DNA of 64,000 nt. Origin: Bacteroidales bacterium. GTDB lineage: Bacteria > Bacteroidota > Bacteroidia > Bacteroidales > Paludibacteraceae. Below are positions 56,179 to 64,000 of this stretch, piece by piece (position 1 is the stretch's first letter; the number at the start of each line of letters is the position of its first letter). Below the pieces are notes generated by a model. That model did not search any database and was not told where the DNA came from. It saw nothing but the letters and a program-made list of their open reading frames with translations. The stretch is taken from NCBI GenBank assembly GCA_015061145.1, contig SUXD01000004.1, forward strand, positions 36,931 to 100,930. Reading direction: 5' to 3'. Made by a program: the position numbers and the translations under genes.

Positions 56179-56703
56179 TTAACTAACCAACATGTTGTTT
56201 TTGGGTGCATCCGAGTTGAGCGGCAAGTTAGATTTCTTTCGAAACTTGAAATAGGCGAAAGGTATAAAGTAGAAAAAAAGCAAGTGTCCCGAAAGGCCAC
56301 GGATTTCGTTGGCCTTGAAGAAAGAGTACTCTGCTTGAGTTAATTCACGAATGAGTGTGCCATGACTATGGAGAACGTACTTATCGTTCCAGATGTCAGG
56401 ACTGCCACCTTCTGTCGCTACCATGACAAGAACAAAGTTGATAAACATGTAGATAAATATGGCGATTCCAATGACTATAACCCAATTTGGAAAGGAGTCA
56501 CGGATTTTGGAAAATTTTGGTCTTTCGCCGAGATGTATTTGGCTGGAAATAACGAATGGTGCATAAATGACGAATACTCCAATGGTTAGAACCAATATAA
56601 ATGGCAAATGATCTGAAAAATCAATGCCAAACAGCGCCGAAATATGCACGACCAATGACAAAATAAAACCAACTAAAGCGATGAATGCGATAAAATGGTT
56701 CAT
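56179..56703 (-). CDS. Hypothetical integral membrane protein (4 predicted TM helices)
   Basis: 174 aa with hydrophobic segments IAFIALVGFILSLVV, FILVLTIGVFVIYAPFV, WVIVIGIAIFIYMFINFVLVMV and LLFFYFIPFAYF. No recognisable domain. Confidence 0.5.
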   Translation of the reverse strand: MNHFIAFIALVGFILSLVVHISALFGIDFSDHLPFILVLTIGVFVIYAPFVISSQIHLGERPKFSKIRDSFPNWVIVIGIAIFIYMFINFVLVMVATEGGSPDIWNDKYVLHSHGTLIRELTQAEYSFFKANEIRGLSGHLLFFYFIPFAYFKFRKKSNLPLNSDAPKNNMLVS

Positions 56704-56820
56704 AGAAATCTAAATATATTTGTTGTATCCTTACTATTTAATTTTCACTTCAAATTATCAGTATAAAATACTGCAACAATTTTTACAAATATAGCATTCT
56801 TAATTCAAAATTCATAATTA

Positions 56821-59619
56821 TCAATGTGCTTCAAGCCAGTTGTTTCCTTCGGCGCAGTCGGCTATGAGCGGAACACTGAGTTTGATGACATGCTCCATTT
56901 CGTTCACCACGATGCGGTGTAGCGTTTCCACTTCGTTTTTCGGTACGGTAAAGTTCAGTTCGTCGTGCACTTGCAGTATCATCTTGGCTTGCAGATGTTC
57001 GCTTTCAATGCTGTTTTGTATGCGTATCATCGCTAGTTTGATGATGTCGGCCGCTGTGCCTTGTATCGGCGCATTGATGGCATTTCGTTCGGCAAATCCG
57101 CGCACTACGCTGTTTTGCGAGTTGATGTCGGCCAGATAACGTTTGCGTCCGAACAAAGTTTCCACATAGCCCTTTTCTTTGGCAAGACTGATGCTGCGGT
57201 CCATGTATGCCTTTACATCTGGATATGTTCTGAAATATCCTTCAATCAGTTCTTTGGCCTCGGCGCGGGGTATGTTCAACCGTTCTGACAGACCGAACAC
57301 CGATATGCCGTAGATGATGCCGAAGTTGGCTGTTTTCGCTTTTCGGCGCATGTCTTTGGTCACTTCTTCCAAAGGCACTTTGTATATTTTGGCGGCGGTG
57401 GCGGCGTGTATGTCGTTGCCGCTGCAGAAAGCGTCAATCATGTTTTTGTCGCCACTCAGATGCGCCATGATGCGCAGCTCTATCTGTGAGTAGTCGGCGC
57501 TCAGGAATGTGCTTCCTTCGTCGGGAATGAAGGCTTTTCGTATCTCCTTTCCTTGCTCGTCGCGCACCGGTATGTTCTGCAGGTTCGGGTTGCTCGAGCT
57601 CAATCGTCCGGTGGAGGTAATGGTTTGATTGTATGATGTGTGTATTTTTCCCGTTTTTTTATTTACCAGTTCGGGCAATGCGTCGATATATGTGCTCAGG
57701 AGCTTTTTAATGCCTCTTAAATCGAGTATTCGTGCCACAATGGGGTGTTTGTTTCTCAGCTTCTCCAAGACATCCTCTGAGGTGGAATACTGTCCTGATT
57801 TTGTTTTTTTCGCTTTTTCGTCTATCTTGAGTTTTTCGAAAAGCACTTCCCCTACCTGTTTGGGCGAACTGATGTTGAATTCCATGCTGGCAAGACCGTA
57901 AATTTCTTGTTCGATGCGTTTCATTTCGGCAGTAAGTGTTTCCGAACTCATTTTCAGCGCATTGCTGTCTATTCTCACACCGTTCAGTTCCATGGTGGCG
58001 AGCACGCGCATCAGCGGCATTTCCATTTCGTAGAAAAGTTTGTCCAGATTTTTTTCTGTTATCTCCTTTTCCAGTATCTCTTTCAGCTGTAGTGTGATGT
58101 CGGCGTCTTCGGCTGAGTACTCGGCGAGTTTTTCTTTCTCTACGCTTCGCAACGGCAGTTGTTTCTTGCCTTTTCCGCCCACTAGTTCTTCGTAGTGTAT
58201 CGTTTTGTATTTTAAATAGATTTCTGCCAGATAGTCCATGCCGTGGTGCAGTTCAGGCTGAATCAGATAGTGCGCTATCATGGTGTCGAACAGTGCACCT
58301 TTCACATCGATGCCGTACATTTTCAGCATCAGCAGGTCGAATTTCATATTCTGCCCGATTTTTGCTATCTCATTATTCTCGAAAAACGGACGGAATTTTT
58401 CTAATATTTGCTGTGCTGCCGTCCTGTTTTCGGGCAATAGTACAAAATATGCCTCGCCTTTTGTCCAGCAGAACGACATGCCCACCAATTCGCTTTCAAA
58501 AACGTTAACGCCGGTTGTTTCGGTGTCAAAGCAAACCGATTTTTGTTGTAATAACTTGTCAAACAAGTAGTTTACATCACTTTCAGACTCGATGAGTTTG
58601 TATAAGTGTTTAATTGTGTTAATGCTTTCAAAATGAGTTTCCACGATATCGTTTTCTTCATTTTCGGCGGCATTTTCCGCTTCATCAAAGAGGTCGAAAA
58701 GCGAAGTTTGATGCGGATTCTCCTTTTTCTTTTTTACAGGAGCGGTTGCAGGCGTTTCGCCGGTTATTTTCGCCAAGAAGTTTCTGAATTCCAGTTCCGT
58801 GAAGAGTTCCGTCAGTTTGTCTGCATTTTTTTCTTCTACATTCAGTTTCTCTTCGTCAAAAGTGATGGGCACATCGGTTTTGATAGTGGCCAGGAAGCGC
58901 GAGAAGATGATTTGTTCTTTGTTCGTTTCGATTTTTTCTTTCAGCGCACCTTTCAGTTTGTCGGTGTTGGCCAGCATATTATCTATGTTTCCGAATTCTT
59001 TCAGCAGTTTAATCGCCGTTTTTTCGCCTACTCCCGGGCATCCGGGTATATTATCGGCGGTGTCGCCCATCAGTCCGAGCATATCAATTACCTGAGCCTG
59101 GTTTTCGAGGTCATACTTGCTTTTCACTTCTGCTATGCCCATGGTCTCAAAACCGCCGGAATGTTTTGGGCGGTACATGAATATGTGTTCCGATACCAGT
59201 TGTCCGTAGTCTTTGTCTGGCGTAAGCATATAAGTGTCAAATCCTTTTTCTTCTGCCTTTTTTGCCATGGTTCCTATCACATCATCGGCCTCGTAGCCGT
59301 CAATCTGCAAAATGGGAATGTTGTATGCGGCAATAATTTCTTTGATGATAGGAATGGATTTCCGTATGTCTTCTGGTGTGGCTTCGCGTTGTGCCTTGTA
59401 TTGTTCAAACGCTTCGTGGCGGAATGTTTTGCCTTGCGGGTCGAAGGCTACGGCTATATGGCTGGGGTTCTCGTGCTTCAATACATCTTCAAGGGTATTC
59501 ACAAAGCCGAAAATGGCTGAAGTGTTCAATCCTTTGGAGTTGATGCGCGGATTTTTAATAAAGGCGTAATATGCCCTGTAAATGCATGCGTAAGCGTCAA
59601 TCAAGAATAGTTTTTTCAT
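56821..59619 (-). CDS. polA: DNA polymerase I
   Basis: 5' nuclease domain (LIDAYACIYRAYYA), 3'-5' exonuclease domain (FDTETT) and polymerase motifs A (LSADYSQIELRI), B (RRKAKTANFGIIYG) and C (QVHDEL). 932 aa. Confidence 0.95.
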   Translation of the reverse strand: MKKLFLIDAYACIYRAYYAFIKNPRINSKGLNTSAIFGFVNTLEDVLKHENPSHIAVAFDPQGKTFRHEAFEQYKAQREATPEDIRKSIPIIKEIIAAYNIPILQIDGYEADDVIGTMAKKAEEKGFDTYMLTPDKDYGQLVSEHIFMYRPKHSGGFETMGIAEVKSKYDLENQAQVIDMLGLMGDTADNIPGCPGVGEKTAIKLLKEFGNIDNMLANTDKLKGALKEKIETNKEQIIFSRFLATIKTDVPITFDEEKLNVEEKNADKLTELFTELEFRNFLAKITGETPATAPVKKKKENPHQTSLFDLFDEAENAAENEENDIVETHFESINTIKHLYKLIESESDVNYLFDKLLQQKSVCFDTETTGVNVFESELVGMSFCWTKGEAYFVLLPENRTAAQQILEKFRPFFENNEIAKIGQNMKFDLLMLKMYGIDVKGALFDTMIAHYLIQPELHHGMDYLAEIYLKYKTIHYEELVGGKGKKQLPLRSVEKEKLAEYSAEDADITLQLKEILEKEITEKNLDKLFYEMEMPLMRVLATMELNGVRIDSNALKMSSETLTAEMKRIEQEIYGLASMEFNISSPKQVGEVLFEKLKIDEKAKKTKSGQYSTSEDVLEKLRNKHPIVARILDLRGIKKLLSTYIDALPELVNKKTGKIHTSYNQTITSTGRLSSSNPNLQNIPVRDEQGKEIRKAFIPDEGSTFLSADYSQIELRIMAHLSGDKNMIDAFCSGNDIHAATAAKIYKVPLEEVTKDMRRKAKTANFGIIYGISVFGLSERLNIPRAEAKELIEGYFRTYPDVKAYMDRSISLAKEKGYVETLFGRKRYLADINSQNSVVRGFAERNAINAPIQGTAADIIKLAMIRIQNSIESEHLQAKMILQVHDELNFTVPKNEVETLHRIVVNEMEHVIKLSVPLIADCAEGNNWLEAH

Positions 59620-59704
59620 ACAAGAAACGAATTTTTGGTAAAATTAGAAATAAAATCGGCTTTTATTGAATGTTTTTCTTAAATTTGCGTAATTTGTTTG
59701 GTTT

Positions 59705-60670
59705 ATGAAAAGTATAGAATCAGTAAAAAATGTTATTTCTAAGGAGTTCGCTCTTTTCGAATCGGAGTTCGGAAAGGTTTATGCTCATGATAATCAATTG
59801 CTGAGTTCTATCTTGCAGCATCTCTCCAAGTCGAAAGGCAAACAGGTCAGGCCGCTATTGGTGTTGCTTGCCGCTAAGTTGTGCGGTGCAGTGAACAATG
59901 CCTCCATACATACGGCTATTTCTCTTGAATTGCTTCATACGGCAAGTCTTATTCATGATGATATTGTGGACGAGTCAGACGAAAGGAGAGGGCAGCAGGC
60001 CGTTCATGTGAAATGGAACAATAAAGTGGCGGTTCTTGCTGGCGATTATATGCTTTCCAATTCACTGAATATTGCTGTAAAAACGCAAAATATTCAGATA
60101 CTGGAGCTTATTTCTGACTTGGGAAAATCTCTTGCCGACGGCGAATTGCTGCAGTTGTCCAACACACGAAAGCTGCTCCAGTCCGAACAAGATTATTATA
60201 CCATCATTCGCAAAAAAACTGCACTTTTGTTTTCTGTTTGCACTACTGCGGGCGCTCTCTCTGTGGATGCTGACAGTGCGCAAGTGCAATGTCTGAAACA
60301 GTTTGGCGAGTTGCTCGGAATGTGTTTCCAGATTCAGGATGATATTTTTGATTATTCTGAGAATCTAAATATTGGAAAGCCTGTCGGTAACGATATAAGC
60401 GAAGGGAAAGTGACATTGCCGCTTATTCTGGCTTTGCGTAATACGCCCAATGCACACATATTGGATATAGTTGAAAACAAGCGCTTTACATCAGAAAATA
60501 TCAACCATGTGCTTTCTTTTGTCCGTAACAACGGCGGCATTCAGCTTGCTCAAGAGGTGATGGAGCGTTTTAGAGCTGAGGCTGCTTCTACTTTGTGTAT
60601 TTTCCCTGATGGCGAAGTGAAAACTGCGATGTTGGAAATGCTGGAATATATTACTAAGCGCAACAAGTAA
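59705..60670 (+). CDS. ispB: Polyprenyl (octaprenyl-type) diphosphate synthase
   Basis: FARM LIHDDIVDESDERRG and SARM FQIQDDIFD. Confidence 0.85.
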   Translation: MKSIESVKNVISKEFALFESEFGKVYAHDNQLLSSILQHLSKSKGKQVRPLLVLLAAKLCGAVNNASIHTAISLELLHTASLIHDDIVDESDERRGQQAVHVKWNNKVAVLAGDYMLSNSLNIAVKTQNIQILELISDLGKSLADGELLQLSNTRKLLQSEQDYYTIIRKKTALLFSVCTTAGALSVDADSAQVQCLKQFGELLGMCFQIQDDIFDYSENLNIGKPVGNDISEGKVTLPLILALRNTPNAHILDIVENKRFTSENINHVLSFVRNNGGIQLAQEVMERFRAEAASTLCIFPDGEVKTAMLEMLEYITKRNK

Positions 60671-60686
60671 GAAGCTAAAACAGCTT

Positions 60687-61661
60687 CTAATTTTGAGCTT
60701 GATATTTTGACATTTTCTTCTTCAAATACGCATTCAATTTCTCGGGAGTAGTGTCCCAGCGTTTGTGCATCCACACCCACTGGCTTACTTTTTCCTTAAT
60801 AATGTTTTCCATTATGTCGTTGTGTATCTGCGTATTATACCTTATGTCTTCTTCCTTATTGCCAGTCAGAACAAGGGGAACTTCCTCGTATATTTTGAAA
60901 GTGTAGGTATCGTCTTCATTTCTGAATGTTGCCATTGGCACAATGCTGGCTCCAGTATCCATCGCCAATTTAGCGCAGCCCACCGGTGTGTAAGCGTTCA
61001 TACCGAAAAATTTCAAGAATTCTCCCTTTATTCTTTTAGAGTCCTGGTCCATCATGAAAATCAGGCATTCTCCCTTTCTTAATACTTCTGTCAGGCAGTC
61101 GTAGCAGTTGTGATGTCTGCTGATATTTTTCATGCCGCGTTTCTCCCGCATTTTGATTATCAGTTTGTTGAGCGCTTTGTTCTTTATCTCGCGACTCAGG
61201 GCCGATGTCTCGTAACCCATTACTGGAGGCATGATGGCCGAAAATTCCCATCCTGCTGTGTGGGGGATTAGGCAGATGACGCCTTTGCCTTTTTCGTAGG
61301 CCTTTTTCAAGTGTTCTTCGCCTTCTATTTTAAAGTATTTGCTGAATTCTTCACGCGTTGTTAAATTCGAAAATATTCCATAGTCGGTGAATGTTTTGCT
61401 GAGGTAAACGAAAACTTCTTTCCCCATGGCATATATTTCTTGCGGACATTTTTCTTTGCCGAAAGCCATTGTCAGATGTTTCAGTATATTTTTTCTGGAA
61501 TGGCGGAGCAGATGAAAAAATAGTTTAGCGACAAATCCATGCCATACTAAAAGTAATTTTCGTGGAAATATTCTGCTGAAGATAAAAACAGATTGAAAGA
61601 AATAATAAAGTAAACCATCCCTAACTGGTCTGATGATTTTTCTTTTAATGATTCCCGCCAT
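60687..61661 (-). CDS. Lysophospholipid/lipid A (LpxL/HtrB-type) acyltransferase
   Basis: N-terminal membrane anchor and catalytic H-x4-E context (CLIPHTAGWEF). 324 aa. Confidence 0.75.
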   Translation of the reverse strand: MAGIIKRKIIRPVRDGLLYYFFQSVFIFSRIFPRKLLLVWHGFVAKLFFHLLRHSRKNILKHLTMAFGKEKCPQEIYAMGKEVFVYLSKTFTDYGIFSNLTTREEFSKYFKIEGEEHLKKAYEKGKGVICLIPHTAGWEFSAIMPPVMGYETSALSREIKNKALNKLIIKMREKRGMKNISRHHNCYDCLTEVLRKGECLIFMMDQDSKRIKGEFLKFFGMNAYTPVGCAKLAMDTGASIVPMATFRNEDDTYTFKIYEEVPLVLTGNKEEDIRYNTQIHNDIMENIIKEKVSQWVWMHKRWDTTPEKLNAYLKKKMSKYQAQN

Positions 61662-61848
61662 GATTTTTGAGAGTTTGTTTTGGCGAAAATACTACATAAT
61701 GTTCAAATTTTATCAGTTTATATTCGAAAATATATGTGCAGTATATCAAAAAAAGTATTTTTTTAAATTCTCAGAGAGTTAATATTTATGTAATATATTG
61801 AAAATCAACAATATATTACTAAATTTCACATTACATAAAAGCTCAATT

Positions 61849-63657
61849 CTAGACTTTTTCGGCGTGAAAATAATCATAAATCAGCGTAGCTTTGCTTTTT
61901 CCGACGATTTTTTCCAAATCTTCAAGTTTTGCTTCACGGATGCGTTTGATACTTTTCAGATTTTTCAGTAGTTCGGTTTTTGTCTTTTCGCCAATGCCGT
62001 TTATGTTGTCGAGTTCGGATGCTATTTGCGATTTGCTTCTTTTTTTTCTGTGGAATGTGATGGCAAAGCGGTGGGCTTCATCTTGTATGTTAGCCAAAAG
62101 TTTGAACAATTCATCGTTTGTTTTCAGTCCTATTGCTTTTTGCGGAAATCCGAAAAGCAGTTCGGATGTGCGGTGGCGGTTGTCTTTCACCAGTCCGGCA
62201 ATAGGAATGTGCAGATGCAGCTCGTCTTCTATCACTTTTCTTACAGCTTCCATTTGTCCTTTTCCGCCGTCGGTGATGATAAGGTCGGGTAGGGGAGCGC
62301 TCTCTTCTTGCAGACGGCTGTATCGGCGTTTTACTATCTCTTGCATCGAAGCGTAGTCGTCAGGACCTGTTACCGTTTTAATATTGTAGTGGCGGTAATC
62401 TTTTTTCGATGGTTTGGCTTTTTTGAATACCACGCACGATGCTACAGCATCCGAACCTTGTATGTTCGAGTTGTCGAAACATTCTATGTGCATCGGCATT
62501 TTCTCTAGTTTCAGCATCTCTTTTATGGCTTTCAGTATTCTTGTAGTCCGTTGTTCCGGATTCAGTTTTTCTGCTTGCTTCAGTTTGTCGAATTTGTATT
62601 GCAAAACATTTTGATGCGCCAATTCAAGCAGTTTTTTACGGTCGCCGCGTTCGGGAATGCTGAAGTTGCATCCGTTTAGTTCCATTTCCAAGGCAAATGG
62701 AACGAGTATTTCTTTTGAGTCGCTTTGTAATCTTTCGCGCAGCTCTATAATACCGAGCGTAAGCAATTCTTCGCGGCTCTCTTCCATTTTTTTCTTGTAT
62801 TCGATGGTGTATCCTTGCACGATGCATCCTTTCGAAATGCGTAGTATGTTCACGAATGCAGAATTCTCGTCTTCGTCGTATCCAAAAACGTCTGTGTCGT
62901 CCATGTGCGTATTTGTAATGATCGACTTTGATTTGTAGTTTTCGATGGCGTCGTATTTTTTCTTCAAATCTGCCGCTTCCTCAAAGCGATATTCTTCGGC
63001 CAATTGTTGCATTTCTTTCAGCAGGCGGTTGCATATTTCTTGCGAATTTCCCTTGATGATTTTTTCTATTTCATCAATGTTTTTCATGTATTCTTCTTCG
63101 CTTTGCAGTCCTTGGCATGGTCCACCGCAATTTTTAATGTGATATTCCAGGCATACTTTAAATGTTCCACGTGGAACATTTTCGTCAGTAAAGTGATGCT
63201 TGCATGTCCGGATAGGGTAGAACTTGTGTATCAAGTCGAGGATGGTGTCGATGGTGTAGTTCGAGCTGTAAGGGCCAAAATATTTCGAACCGTCTTTCAC
63301 GATGTTTCTGGTTTTGAACACACGCGGAAATTTCTCGTTCTTGATGCAAATGCTCGGATATGTTTTGCCGTCTTTCAACAGCACATTGTAATGTGGCTGG
63401 TATTTTTTGATTAGGTTGTTTTCCAGCAGTAATGCGTCTTCTTCTGAATTCACTACGATGTATTGCAAACTTTCAATTTGCTTTACAAGTGCGTTCGTCT
63501 TTCTTGATTCGTGCACTCTGTTGAAATATGACGATACGCGTCGTTTCAGATTTTTCGCTTTGCCGACATATATTATTGTGCCGCTCTTGTCAAAGTATTG
63601 GTAGCAGCCGGGTTTTTCTGGCAGCGAATCTATCGTATTTTTTAGCGTTTCGTTCAT
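61849..63657 (-). CDS. uvrC: Excinuclease ABC subunit C
   Basis: N-terminal GIY-YIG (PGCYQYFDKSGTIIYVGKAKNLKRRV), Cys cluster (CLEYHIKNCGGPC), UVR domain and C-terminal HhH (INGIGEKTKTELLK). Confidence 0.95.
   Translation of the reverse strand: MNETLKNTIDSLPEKPGCYQYFDKSGTIIYVGKAKNLKRRVSSYFNRVHESRKTNALVKQIESLQYIVVNSEEDALLLENNLIKKYQPHYNVLLKDGKTYPSICIKNEKFPRVFKTRNIVKDGSKYFGPYSSNYTIDTILDLIHKFYPIRTCKHHFTDENVPRGTFKVCLEYHIKNCGGPCQGLQSEEEYMKNIDEIEKIIKGNSQEICNRLLKEMQQLAEEYRFEEAADLKKKYDAIENYKSKSIITNTHMDDTDVFGYDEDENSAFVNILRISKGCIVQGYTIEYKKKMEESREELLTLGIIELRERLQSDSKEILVPFALEMELNGCNFSIPERGDRKKLLELAHQNVLQYKFDKLKQAEKLNPEQRTTRILKAIKEMLKLEKMPMHIECFDNSNIQGSDAVASCVVFKKAKPSKKDYRHYNIKTVTGPDDYASMQEIVKRRYSRLQEESAPLPDLIITDGGKGQMEAVRKVIEDELHLHIPIAGLVKDNRHRTSELLFGFPQKAIGLKTNDELFKLLANIQDEAHRFAITFHRKKRSKSQIASELDNINGIGEKTKTELLKNLKSIKRIREAKLEDLEKIVGKSKATLIYDYFHAEKV
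63161..63180. repeat. 20-bp perfect palindrome AATGTTCCACGTGGAACATT inside uvrC
   Basis: Read directly. On the minus strand it encodes NVPRGTF. The same 18-19-nt core recurs at 63671-63688. Confidence 0.8.
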
Positions 63658-63670
63658 GTTATTTTGTTTT

Positions 63671-63688
63671 ATGTTCCACGTGGAACAT
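63671..63688. repeat. 18-bp perfect palindrome ATGTTCCACGTGGAACAT, 13 nt upstream of the uvrC ATG
   Basis: Read directly. It fills most of the 30-nt gap between the upstream gene stop and the uvrC start. Confidence 0.8.
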
Positions 63689-64000
63689 TATATCCCCAAA
63701 ATGGATTTTGTTCTCCCGCATTCTTGTCTGCCATAAAAAATTTCGAGCATTTTGTTTAGCAGTGTTTGCTTGTCTTCATCAGTTGTGGCAAATTTAAATA
63801 ATGTCAGGCTTGAACGCAATTTAAGAGCGTCTATCGACGACATGATTTCAGCTATGCTCTTCTTCGGATTTTCGTTGTGAAATTCCAATAGATTTTGGCA
63901 GCATTCATCGTAATTTTTCCACAATTCAGCATCGTTAATGTACGCTTTGGCTTCGGCAATGTTTTTGATGGAATATTTCCTGTTCATTTCGCTTCGGCCC
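63688..64000 (-). CDS. DUF1810-like protein, C-terminal part (the frame is open to the window edge)
   Basis: EAKAYINDAELWKNYDECCQNLL...SIAEIMSSIDALKLRSSLTLF resembles the DUF1810 C-terminal half. The frame continues upstream of M at 63987 (GRSEMNRKY). Confidence 0.5.
   Translation of the reverse strand, partial: GRSEMNRKYSIKNIAEAKAYINDAELWKNYDECCQNLLEFHNENPKKSIAEIMSSIDALKLRSSLTLFKFATTDEDKQTLLNKMLEIFYGRQECGRTKSILGI

Noticed and set aside
61790-61819. An 11-bp perfect inverted repeat gtaatatattg-N8-caatatattac downstream of uvrC.
   Set aside because: The stem is almost entirely A-T and is followed by only a weak T-tract. It is plausibly a weak terminator or a chance palindrome in AT-rich DNA, and there is not enough evidence to call it.
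1-64000. CRISPR arrays, rRNA genes, integrases/recombinases, prophage or conjugation genes.
   Set aside because: I found no regularly spaced direct repeats, no rRNA-like sequence, and no tyrosine or serine recombinase, capsid, terminase or Tra-type translation in any of the supplied ORFs.

Overview
The window looks like a contiguous Bacteroidales-type chromosomal segment. Supporting signs are recurrent TAnnTTTG -7 promoter boxes, a type III glutamine synthetase, LL-DAP aminotransferase and Na+-pumping oxaloacetate decarboxylase. I support about 55 protein-coding genes, 1 intact tRNA-Lys(UUU), several degraded genes, and a set of intrinsic terminators and repeats. There are no rRNA genes or CRISPR arrays.

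Most of the window is housekeeping:
- pnp, aroB-aroA-dapB-lepB, dtd, deoC, greA, pyrG, asnB, nadA, dusB, polA, ispB and uvrC.
- A roughly 16 kb nitrogen super-cluster: gltB-gltD-dapF-dapL-glnN on the minus strand, divergent from glnK-amtB-porin-pyrG-asnB.

Four small accessory islets stand out:
1. 12.4-17.0 kb: an AT-richer restriction-modification module. A nuclease-methylase fusion is cut by an in-frame TAG, followed by a 2-TRD specificity subunit. A cluster of short GC hairpins follows it.
2. 41.2-42.1 kb: a tRNA-Lys hotspot with a degraded RayT/IS200-like gene, a degenerate second tRNA-Lys copy and a frameshifted GIY-YIG gene.
3. 43.9-47.6 kb: a minus-strand cassette of a small acidic ORF, a WYL regulator, a DEDDh exonuclease and an AAA+ ATPase with an unrecognisable N-terminal half. 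Its two transcription units share an identical operator/-7-box architecture. This is my best candidate for an undescribed, defence-like system.
4. 54.7-56.8 kb: an AAA/DUF4143-type ATPase and an orphan membrane protein, each bracketed by direct repeats.

All functional calls come from motif recognition by eye in the supplied translations. No database search was run.
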